Below are positions 6,975 through 15,541 of a stretch of DNA of 20,000 nt, in pieces. Both the position numbers and the translations under genes were made by a program. Origin of the DNA: an uncultured virus (IMG/VR IMGVR_UViG_3300033562_001302) (taxonomy: Duplodnaviria; Heunggongvirae; Uroviricota; Caudoviricetes); IMG/VR virus record IMGVR_UViG_3300033562_001302, one strand, 5' to 3'. Below the pieces are notes generated by a model. That model was not told the origin of the DNA and searched no databases. It was given only the letters and a program-made list of their open reading frames with translations. The stretch's first letter is position 1, and each line of letters starts with the position of its first letter.

Positions 6975-7357
6975 TTCATTTTGTATCCAACGGGATACAA
7001 GAAAAACTAGTGGATCCTAAATGATGCCTTTTTTCACTGGTCATGAACCCTTATAAACAAAGGGTTTATGCCTTATATATCACTGAAAGCATCCAACTGG
7101 ATAAAACTGTGAAAACATAGTTTTTGTGGTTTTACAAAAAGTATCATTAAAATTAGAATTTATCCAAAAGGATACAAAACAATAAAAACAATTTTAAAAA
7201 TATATGTAAAACATTAAAAACACGATTTTATCCAGTTGGATGCTTTCAGTAATATATAAGGCATAAACCCTTATAAACAAAGGGTTTAACCCCAGTGAAA
7301 AAAGGCATCATTTAGGATCCACGCGTTTTTCTTGTATCCAAAAGGATACAAAATGAA
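6975..7357. repeat. Long nested inverted repeat: 132-bp arms (6975-7106, 7226-7357) around a 119-bp partly symmetric spacer
   Basis: Manual alignment of left arm with reverse complement of right arm gives 114/132 identity, no gaps. Includes an exact 30-bp block tggatcctaaatgatgccttttttcactgg. Confidence 0.97.
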
Positions 7358-7438
7358 TATTGTAAAATTATCAAAATTAATATAATCATTTTGTAAGTGA
7401 TATTAACAAATAAACGATTTAATTAAAAGGAATATTTT

Positions 7439-9619
7439 ATGGATTTATTTACCTCGAGTACAACTGAGAAACACTCTGCTTCAAATAAATCCTCATTTAT
7501 AAATATAAGTGAGGGTGCTAGTAGTATACTACTACCTTCGTTTATATCAACAGAGGTTGTTGATATAGTTGAAGATACTATTATAATTGACGAGTTAAAT
7601 GTTGTTGTAAAAAAAGAACATTTCTCCTCTAGTACAACGAGCACAACACAGACAGACCCATCTGTCAAAAACATATTAGATAGATTAGCATCTTATTGTG
7701 AAGTAGATAAAGAATTACTTGAACAAGATTTATATTTACTAGATCCAACAAGTGGTGAAATATTATCACTAATGAATGGTAAGCTTGTAAAAAATCTTAC
7801 ATTTTTAAATAAATTTATGACAGTTGATCAACAATTATCTGAACGAATTAAGTGTCAAATGAGTTTTCTTTATTGGATGGAAAATTACGCCTATACGAAA
7901 GTATCAGGGGGTTATATTCATATGGGAAGTTCTGAACAATGGAAAAGTTCTCCAAAGTTTAGAATTTTGTGTAAATTATTTGAACAACATGATGCTGTGT
8001 TATTATTAAGTTCACGACAAATTGGTAAAACAACTCTTGGTTTATTATATGCTACTTGGGCTATGATATTCTTTCCAAAAATAGAAATTATGTTCTTAAC
8101 ACTTAATACAACTCTTGCTAAAGATGCTGTATCAAGAATAAAAGAAGCACTCTTAATGGTACCAGATTGGATGAGAGTTGATAATGCTTCAGATGCTGCT
8201 AAAACAACTTTTATTGATTTGGTAAACGGTAGTAAATTTTTAACAAGTTTCGTATCAGGTGCTGTTGATCCGGATAAAGTAGGTAGGGGTCTTTCTCAAC
8301 CTATTATTATTCTAGATGAGTTTGCTTTCTGTAACTATGCGGATATTGTTTATACATCAATGCAACCATCATTAAGTACAGCTAGAAAATACGCGAAGAT
8401 AAATGGTTATCCAACATTACTCTTAGGAGTAAGTACTCCAAATGGTGCAGGTGAAAATCAATTCTATCAAATGTTAGACAACAGTACAGATATAGAAGAA
8501 ATATATGATTTCGAAAACAAAAAATTATATGAAAATTATAAAGATGTATTAAACGATGATGCTAAAAATAGTTTTATATCAGTTAAAATACATTGGTCTG
8601 AAACGAATAGAGATGAAGCTTGGTATAAACAACAATGTAAAGATCTAAACTTTAATAAACGAAGAATTAATCAAGAGCTTGATTTAGCATTCTTAGGGTC
8701 TGCTACAGCTATCTTTGATGATGAGATTATTTTAAAACTTGTTCCTAAAAAAGCAAGTTATGAAATGCAATTACCACATGGTCTTAAATTTAAAATGTTC
8801 CATGATATTGATCCGGGTGAAGTTTATTTACTTGGAGCCGATTCATCTGCAAGTACTGGTCCTGCGAGCGACTTCTCTGTTCTAAGTTTAGTTAGAGCTA
8901 GAGATGCGCAAGAAGTTGGGGTTGTTAAATGTCAATTCGCTGTTGTTAAAAAATTCTCAGGAGTTTTAAAAGCAGCTATTAAAGCATTGAATATAATGTA
9001 TGGTTTAACATCAGATACACTTAAAGTTATTATAGAAAGAAATAGTTTTGGTAAAGGTGTTGTTGAAGATCTATTATATAATGATCCAGCACTAGATGAT
9101 TTTGATTATGAATCATATGTGTGGCAAGAAGAGTTGGCTAATGGTGAACTTATTCCTGGACTTTATACATCTAACGCTGGTAAGATGGGTAATGGTAAAC
9201 GTGATCAGATGTTTTCTGAATTAATGAACCATATTAATGCTTATCCTGAATTAATTCACAGTAATGAATTAATTAAAGAACTTAGAACACTAGTTCAACT
9301 TCCAAGTGGTCGTATTGAAGCTGGTAAGAAATCACATGATGACGTTGTAATGGCTTATGTTTTCTGTTTATATGTAAGAAAAATTATGATCAAATCAGGA
9401 GAGTTAACAATAGATGGGGAATATTCAGCGTTTGCTTTATCTCCTGCAACTATTATGAACTTCATTGATGTAAATAATGTTCCTCAAAGATTTAGAAATG
9501 CCATTGAAGATAAAGTAATGGATGATATTCTTATAGAAGATGGATTTGAACATCTAGCAAAAACAAAAGTAAAACATGAAGAATTAGATATGATGGATTA
9601 TATGGCTTTAATGTTATAA
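7439..9619 (+). CDS. terL: Terminase large subunit (T4 gp17-like ATPase plus nuclease)
   Basis: Walker A SRQIGKT, Walker B IIILDE, coupling motif STPNG, nuclease motifs LLGADSS, IIERNSFG and HDDVVMA. AAGGA RBS. Confidence 0.95.
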   Translation: MDLFTSSTTEKHSASNKSSFINISEGASSILLPSFISTEVVDIVEDTIIIDELNVVVKKEHFSSSTTSTTQTDPSVKNILDRLASYCEVDKELLEQDLYLLDPTSGEILSLMNGKLVKNLTFLNKFMTVDQQLSERIKCQMSFLYWMENYAYTKVSGGYIHMGSSEQWKSSPKFRILCKLFEQHDAVLLLSSRQIGKTTLGLLYATWAMIFFPKIEIMFLTLNTTLAKDAVSRIKEALLMVPDWMRVDNASDAAKTTFIDLVNGSKFLTSFVSGAVDPDKVGRGLSQPIIILDEFAFCNYADIVYTSMQPSLSTARKYAKINGYPTLLLGVSTPNGAGENQFYQMLDNSTDIEEIYDFENKKLYENYKDVLNDDAKNSFISVKIHWSETNRDEAWYKQQCKDLNFNKRRINQELDLAFLGSATAIFDDEIILKLVPKKASYEMQLPHGLKFKMFHDIDPGEVYLLGADSSASTGPASDFSVLSLVRARDAQEVGVVKCQFAVVKKFSGVLKAAIKALNIMYGLTSDTLKVIIERNSFGKGVVEDLLYNDPALDDFDYESYVWQEELANGELIPGLYTSNAGKMGNGKRDQMFSELMNHINAYPELIHSNELIKELRTLVQLPSGRIEAGKKSHDDVVMAYVFCLYVRKIMIKSGELTIDGEYSAFALSPATIMNFIDVNNVPQRFRNAIEDKVMDDILIEDGFEHLAKTKVKHEELDMMDYMALML

Positions 9620-9694
9620 AGTTTATCCAAATTTTTAGGTTCAATTAACTAATACATATACATATAATATACATATAAACAAAAAGGGGAATAC

Positions 9695-12600
9695 ATGAGT
9701 AATAAACACAGAGCTTTATCTGAGTTAGAAAAATTATCAGAACTATCTGGTTTATATGATGCTAAAAATAATCAATCGTCTATATTGAAATCTTTACAAC
9801 ACAATAAAATGCTTAATACAATTCGAATGAATTCTATGTTGGCTAAAACAGCAGCCTATACTGCTGGTAAAGATAATCTTGAAAAATTCTCAGGTTCTCC
9901 ACATTTATTTGATCAAGTAACACAAGCATCAGCATATGCTGGATTATTAGGTTTTCCTTCAGCTGGATCAATAGCAGCTGCTAATGCACTAGAAGCAAAT
10001 AAAAGAAGAGTTGCTGCAAGAAATGGTAATGTAAATAATTATGATAAAGCAGCTGCTCTTACAAACTCTGCTAGAAACTTTAGTCAAGTTGGAAAAAATG
10101 TATTCTATGGTTCAACTGCTTTAGGTATGACTGGTCTAGCTGATGTAACTAAAAACTCATTTGCATTAGCTCCTGGTGGAGCTGGAATGGGTGTTACTAA
10201 GTTAGCAGGTGGCGCAGATGCTATGGGACATTTTGGAGCTAATGCTCTAGGAGGTTTATTAAAAACAGCTGGAATGGATGGAGCAGGTATTGCTGTTCAA
10301 GGGATGAATCCAATGATAGCTGGTATGATGATGGCTATGGCATTATCAAAAGGTGGAACTGCTTTACATAAAATATTTAATAAAAATTCAGAGATGAATT
10401 TAAATAAAAACACAAAGAGAGATACATCTGTTCACGGAAAACAACCTCATGAATTAGAAGATATGTATGGTAGTACTCATTCATATATGGCTGCTATTGC
10501 TCGTATGCAACAAATGGGGCAAATAGATGCTGGTACAGCAATCTTAGGTCAAATTTTAGCATCTATTGAAGGACACACATCTGTACTTCCTTTATTAGCA
10601 GCTGATACAACTAATGCTGATAAGAAAAGAAAAGCTAAAACAAACAAAGCTCTTAATCATTTATCGGATCAATTTGGTGAAGATGGAACTTTAAGTAGAG
10701 GTGACCAAAGAAAAAATGACGATCCAGGTATTGTTTTTAAACTAGCAAATAGATTAGAAAGATTCTCAGCTGAGTTCCAAAGTACATTTGATATTATGGG
10801 ACAAGTTTCAAATACATTAAATGGTAAATCAAGTACTAGATTAGCAAATGAAGCAAATGATATAGGTAAAAAAGGTGATCTACTTAAGGCACAAAAAGAC
10901 TTTGGTAGACGTTTTGGTGTATCCACTAATATGGTGCAAGCTATTCATACTACACCTACACAAATAATGAATGAATCAGATTCATATGAGGGAAGAGTTA
11001 TATCTATACTTGGATTAATATCTGAAATTAGTAGATTTTCAGCACATGAATTATTACAAATTCGATCACAAGGTTTTGGTATCAAAGCTGGTGAAAGTTC
11101 TTCTTATTTGAAAAAGATGCAAGACAAAGCAGAAGAAGAAAGAGAAGCCAAAGATAATAAAAGTGAATTTTATGAAAATTGGTTAAAAGGTATAGATGAG
11201 ACTTTAGGATATGTTCCTGGTTGGAATATGCTTTCTGGAACTATAAAAATGGGTAAGAAAGCCATTGATGGTTCTAAAGAATTACTGAATGATCATAAAG
11301 AAGGAAATTTAAGAAATCCTAAAGAAGTATTTATGGATTGGCTCAATGATGGCGCAGGTAATGAGAAACTTAAAACAGAAGAAAGTATTCGTAATGCTAT
11401 AGGTGCTAATGAATTATCTAATGAACAAAAGATGAGTACTTACTTAGGTGGAGACTTTCCTAATAAATTCGAAGAGCTTTTAAATTATGCGAGACGAATA
11501 GATGAATCAACTGCTGCGATGGCAGGTCCTATAAAAAGAAAATCTCGTGCTCAAGAAACTATGAATGAATTCACTGGTAAAATGGGTGACAAAAATTATC
11601 ATGCTGGAATATATCAAGGCATAAATGATAGTTTAGAAGATGAATTAAATACTATTGCTAAAACAAAACTTTCAGGTGCCCAAAAAATATTCGGTGCATT
11701 CACAAGTGATGAAGCAAGAATTAAAAGACAGAAAGCAACATTTGATAAAAATTTTGGACACATAACTGATGGTTTAAATGATATCATGGGTGCATCTCAA
11801 GATGATAAAGTTAATGAAAATAATGTTAGTTCAAAATCACCATCATTACAAGATCAACAGAATGCTTATAAACAGGAAGAGAGAACTGTTAATGCTTTAG
11901 CTGTTCAAGAAGGACAATTAAATACATTAGTTGAAATTCGAGATCTTTTAAGAGAGTGTTGTGGTGAAGGAAAATTTGGTAAAAAAGGACCAGAAGAAAA
12001 AGAAGAAGAAAAAGAGGATGGTTTTGGTTTAGACGATCTCCTTGGATTAGGTAATCCTTTTGGTAATGGTCGAGATAAAACTAATAAGAAGAAACAAGCT
12101 AGAAAAGCGGCTGAAGCAAAAGAAAAGGCTGCAAAAAAAGCTAGGCGATTAGAAGCTCTTAGAAAAGCTAGAGCTGCTCGTAAAAAAGCGTCAGGCACTT
12201 TAGCACAAAGAACTTTAAAAAGAGTAGGTATACAAACAGCTTTAGAAGCACTTAGTTTTGTTCCAGGTGTTGGAGCACTAGCTAAAATAGCAGCTATGGG
12301 GTTTAGTGTATATGCAGCTTATTCATTAGCCAATATGATTTTTGATGATGATGGTGAAACAGATGCAGATGATATTGATTCTATTGGAGATAAATTTAGA
12401 TCCTTTGGATCAAGTATAACGAATGCTTTTGGCTTTGGTGATCAACCAACAGGAACAACTGTTGATACACAAGCTGCAGATTATACACCAACTGGTAGTA
12501 GAGCTCAAGCGAGAGAGGCTTCTGGTTTTAGAGATATAATAGACCAACAAAAAACACATTTTCAAGAAACTTATAAAAATCTTGACGCTGGTCGAGTAAC

Positions 12601-13600
12601 ATATGTTGCAGAAAAAGGTTATGGTAATAAATTATCAGGTACTGCAATGAATGAAGATCATCCTGGATTAGATAATGCTTCGTATAATAAACTTAGAGGA
12701 CTTCACCCAACATTTGCGAAAAATATGTTAAGAGTTGCAGCTGAGTATAATGGAAAAACTGGGAGAAATTTACAAATAACATCTGGTTTAAGAGATCACG
12801 CTAAACAAGTTGCTTTATATGAAGCAGATAAGAAAAAGAATGGTGGAGTTCCTTCTGGTTATGTAGCTGCTCCTGGTCGATCAAGACATGAATATGGTTT
12901 AGCACTCGATATAAATTATAATGATAAAGCTACAAATGATTATCTAGATTCTACTGGTATGTTGGCTAGAAATGGTATATACAGACCTATAAAAAATGCT
13001 AGACATCCTGAACATTGGCATATTGAACCAATAGGTACAAGAAAAGATGGTGATGCATCAAATGATGGTGAATCTTTTGGTACATCTGTAGCAACTGCTA
13101 AAACAGCTGGTGTGACAGATGTAGCAACTATAGATGCCAAAACAACTAACACGCCTACAAGTGGTAGTACAAGTGCACAACCAACATCTCAATCAAATAC
13201 CTCAAGTTTTAATGGAACCGCTACAACAGCGGAAGCAAATAAAATAAGTAATAGTATAAAATCATTAGGTGTTTCAGCTGGACACAAAACAGCTCTAAAC
13301 GATCTAAAAAAATTAACTGATTCTTATATTAAAAATGATGGAAAACTTGATGATAAAGAAAAAGCTACGCTTGCAGCTAAAGCAAAAGCTTTAGAAGATA
13401 GTGGTGAAAAAGGATTTAGTGCACAATTCAATAAAGTATTTGAATTGGTAGCGGCTGTTGCAAAAAATACAGATTCCGCTGCACAAATAGCATCAGCTGG
13501 TATTAGTAAAATAGCAGCAAACACTGTTAATGAGAAAACTACTGTTAATAATACTATAGCTATATTGTTACAACAAGCACAAGTTGTTAAACCTGTTTAA
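9695..13600 (+). CDS. Large tail-associated (baseplate hub/tape-measure-like) protein with C-terminal peptidase M15 peptidoglycan hydrolase domain
   Basis: About 12692-13030 encodes LRGLHP..ITSGLRD..Q..LY..VAAPGRSRHEYGLALDI..EHWHIE, the M15 Zn-peptidase SxHxxGxAxD and ExWH motifs. The rest is Ala/Gly-rich and helical with hydrophobic stretches. Confidence 0.8.
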   Translation: MSNKHRALSELEKLSELSGLYDAKNNQSSILKSLQHNKMLNTIRMNSMLAKTAAYTAGKDNLEKFSGSPHLFDQVTQASAYAGLLGFPSAGSIAAANALEANKRRVAARNGNVNNYDKAAALTNSARNFSQVGKNVFYGSTALGMTGLADVTKNSFALAPGGAGMGVTKLAGGADAMGHFGANALGGLLKTAGMDGAGIAVQGMNPMIAGMMMAMALSKGGTALHKIFNKNSEMNLNKNTKRDTSVHGKQPHELEDMYGSTHSYMAAIARMQQMGQIDAGTAILGQILASIEGHTSVLPLLAADTTNADKKRKAKTNKALNHLSDQFGEDGTLSRGDQRKNDDPGIVFKLANRLERFSAEFQSTFDIMGQVSNTLNGKSSTRLANEANDIGKKGDLLKAQKDFGRRFGVSTNMVQAIHTTPTQIMNESDSYEGRVISILGLISEISRFSAHELLQIRSQGFGIKAGESSSYLKKMQDKAEEEREAKDNKSEFYENWLKGIDETLGYVPGWNMLSGTIKMGKKAIDGSKELLNDHKEGNLRNPKEVFMDWLNDGAGNEKLKTEESIRNAIGANELSNEQKMSTYLGGDFPNKFEELLNYARRIDESTAAMAGPIKRKSRAQETMNEFTGKMGDKNYHAGIYQGINDSLEDELNTIAKTKLSGAQKIFGAFTSDEARIKRQKATFDKNFGHITDGLNDIMGASQDDKVNENNVSSKSPSLQDQQNAYKQEERTVNALAVQEGQLNTLVEIRDLLRECCGEGKFGKKGPEEKEEEKEDGFGLDDLLGLGNPFGNGRDKTNKKKQARKAAEAKEKAAKKARRLEALRKARAARKKASGTLAQRTLKRVGIQTALEALSFVPGVGALAKIAAMGFSVYAAYSLANMIFDDDGETDADDIDSIGDKFRSFGSSITNAFGFGDQPTGTTVDTQAADYTPTGSRAQAREASGFRDIIDQQKTHFQETYKNLDAGRVTYVAEKGYGNKLSGTAMNEDHPGLDNASYNKLRGLHPTFAKNMLRVAAEYNGKTGRNLQITSGLRDHAKQVALYEADKKKNGGVPSGYVAAPGRSRHEYGLALDINYNDKATNDYLDSTGMLARNGIYRPIKNARHPEHWHIEPIGTRKDGDASNDGESFGTSVATAKTAGVTDVATIDAKTTNTPTSGSTSAQPTSQSNTSSFNGTATTAEANKISNSIKSLGVSAGHKTALNDLKKLTDSYIKNDGKLDDKEKATLAAKAKALEDSGEKGFSAQFNKVFELVAAVAKNTDSAAQIASAGISKIAANTVNEKTTVNNTIAILLQQAQVVKPV

Positions 13601-13657
13601 TTTTAAACAATGTTAACAAAATAATATAGCTAGTATAGCTAATATAAGGAAAAATAC

Positions 13658-14695
13658 ATGGGTAATATTATAGGAAAAATTCCAGGTTACAACTATAGAA
13701 TTGATACACCTAACTCAGGTGTAGATTATACTACAAAATTATTACACAATATTAATAGAGTTAAATTTACACCAACTGGTTACACTGTTAATGTAGATAG
13801 TGCAACATCAAACAAAGGTATAAATATATATACTATAGGTGCACAAACACACACAAGCACAGGTGGAAACTTTGCGTCAAGTGCACTTGACACTTGGACT
13901 GCTCTAAAGGTATGGGAAGGTGTTGCTGCTAATAGTGGTTGTGGGTCTTATAGTAAGGGTGAGATAAATATATTGAGTACAAATGATTCAACTTTTTCAG
14001 AAAATTTATCTAATGATTATCAAGATTCATTTCTGGATTCAGCTACAAATGGTATATCGCAATCAATAAAAGATTTAATTGGTTCAGTTAATCAAGTATT
14101 AAAAGCTTATACTGGTTTTGATGCTGATGCGGGTAGAAGTCTTATGAGAAAAACAACAACCGGAAATAGTATTGTAGATATGTTGTCTGGTAAAGCTCTT
14201 GGTTTTCAAACAACATTACCTAAAGAATGGAAGACATCTAATTATAATAGTGGTTTACAACTGATGGTTAAATTAGTATCTCCATCGGGTCATCCAACAG
14301 ATATAGTAGAATATGTTTTTGAACCATTGAAGTGTTTATTAGCCATGACAGCACCAATTACTTATAATGGTATTACTTATGGTTATCCACCATTATGGAG
14401 AGTTGTTGCTGAAGGAATGCAAACGGTAAATGTTGGTGCTATTACAAATTTAACTTTAACACGTGGTGGAAATGAAACTCAATTCAACTTTCAGAACGAA
14501 CCTTTATCAGTAGATGTAAGATTAACAATAGAAAGTATAATAAATGGATATACCTCTTTTGGTGAAAAGATGGATGAATCTCATGGTAAGTATAATACAA
14601 CAATGAATCGTAATACATTAATAACAAATCACCAGGATATGACAACAAGCTTTTCATCAGGCAACCCAATACCAAATGTTATAGTAAAATTATAA
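13658..14695 (+). CDS. Probable baseplate tail-tube cap/initiator, T4 gp48/gp54-like
   Basis: C-terminal LQLMVKLVSP..YGYPPLWRV..AITNLTLT..EPLSVDVRLTIESI resembles the tube-fold pattern of gp48-type proteins. Adjacent to the hub gene. Confidence 0.55.
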   Translation: MGNIIGKIPGYNYRIDTPNSGVDYTTKLLHNINRVKFTPTGYTVNVDSATSNKGINIYTIGAQTHTSTGGNFASSALDTWTALKVWEGVAANSGCGSYSKGEINILSTNDSTFSENLSNDYQDSFLDSATNGISQSIKDLIGSVNQVLKAYTGFDADAGRSLMRKTTTGNSIVDMLSGKALGFQTTLPKEWKTSNYNSGLQLMVKLVSPSGHPTDIVEYVFEPLKCLLAMTAPITYNGITYGYPPLWRVVAEGMQTVNVGAITNLTLTRGGNETQFNFQNEPLSVDVRLTIESIINGYTSFGEKMDESHGKYNTTMNRNTLITNHQDMTTSFSSGNPIPNVIVKL

Positions 14696-14729
14696 ACATT
14701 TGAACAAAAATAAAATACAGGAACAAATT

Positions 14730-15014
14730 ATGAATTATATAGATTTTGGACAAAACTATACATCAGACATGACAATAAATAGTGCATCTAATTCTTCTTT
14801 TTTTGAAAGTTTTGAAGATTTTTCAACATCAATACCTGTTATACAATTTAATGAATCACTTGTCAATTTTGATAATACTGACAGTGAATTATTTGAAGAA
14901 ACATTTAATATGTCTAAGGAAGCTTCCATATTAAGTATTAACAATCTATTCGAAGAAGGCATTAATATCGCCTTAAAAGACTCAGATCTTCAAAAATTAA
15001 AAAATATGGTATAA
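14730..15014 (+). CDS. Small acidic hypothetical protein (94 aa)
   Basis: ATG at 14730 follows an AGGA RBS and is preferred over the TTG at 14700. Contains FFE, FNE and LFEE x2. Confidence 0.7.
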   Translation: MNYIDFGQNYTSDMTINSASNSSFFESFEDFSTSIPVIQFNESLVNFDNTDSELFEETFNMSKEASILSINNLFEEGINIALKDSDLQKLKNMV

Positions 15015-15046
15015 CAGTAAGAACTACAAACGAAAAAGGAAATTTA

Positions 15047-15541
15047 ATGGAAAATATAGAGATAATGAAATTATATATATTATGTAGTACAATATTATTA
15101 AGTATAATTATACTTAGTGTATCCACTGTTATAAGTTATATAATAATCAAAAATAGAAAATTAGAAAGCAATGAAAGAATACAACTGACTTCTCAATTGA
15201 GTATAGACGATACTATAAATTATCAGAAATTTTTTGATAATTTATTATTAGTAAAATTTAATTTTTATGCTAATCAATATTTAGCAAATATGCTTAAAGG
15301 TAAAAGTGTTGATAAAAGTGAAATTAAATCAGGTAAAGATCAATTTTATATTGATGTTAGTTCAACTTTAAATAAATATCAAAAAGAACAATTATTGAAA
15401 ATTTATTCAGAAAGAGGAATTGAGTTATATATTCATCAATCTTTTTTACGAATGTTAAATGATATTGATATCAAAATGTATCAAACAAATGATAGTGATG
15501 TCGGTTTGGCTATGACTAAAGAATTATATAAAGGATTATAA
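15047..15541 (+). CDS. Single-pass membrane protein, translationally coupled to portal
   Basis: Hydrophobic LYILCSTILLSIIILSVSTVISYIII then KNRK. Its TAA overlaps the portal ATG (TAATG at 15539-15543). Confidence 0.8.
   Translation: MENIEIMKLYILCSTILLSIIILSVSTVISYIIIKNRKLESNERIQLTSQLSIDDTINYQKFFDNLLLVKFNFYANQYLANMLKGKSVDKSEIKSGKDQFYIDVSSTLNKYQKEQLLKIYSERGIELYIHQSFLRMLNDIDIKMYQTNDSDVGLAMTKELYKGL

Noticed and set aside
7096..7236. TTATCCA words as DnaA boxes
   Set aside because: They have 1-2 mismatches to TTATCCACA and are better explained as halves of the ATCC-N4-GGAT palindromes.
6975..7357. Palindrome as an IS/MITE or tRNA cluster
   Set aside because: No transposase, no evident target-site duplication (gtgg vs tatt flanks) and no cloverleaf or T-loop motifs. 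A MITE cannot be fully excluded without a genome-wide search.
7439..9619. Intein or intron in the terminase
   Set aside because: ATPase and nuclease motifs are normally spaced in a single ORF, with no splicing or homing endonuclease motifs seen.
14700..14729. TTG start at 14700
   Set aside because: No RBS. The in-frame ATG at 14730 has AGGA at suitable spacing.
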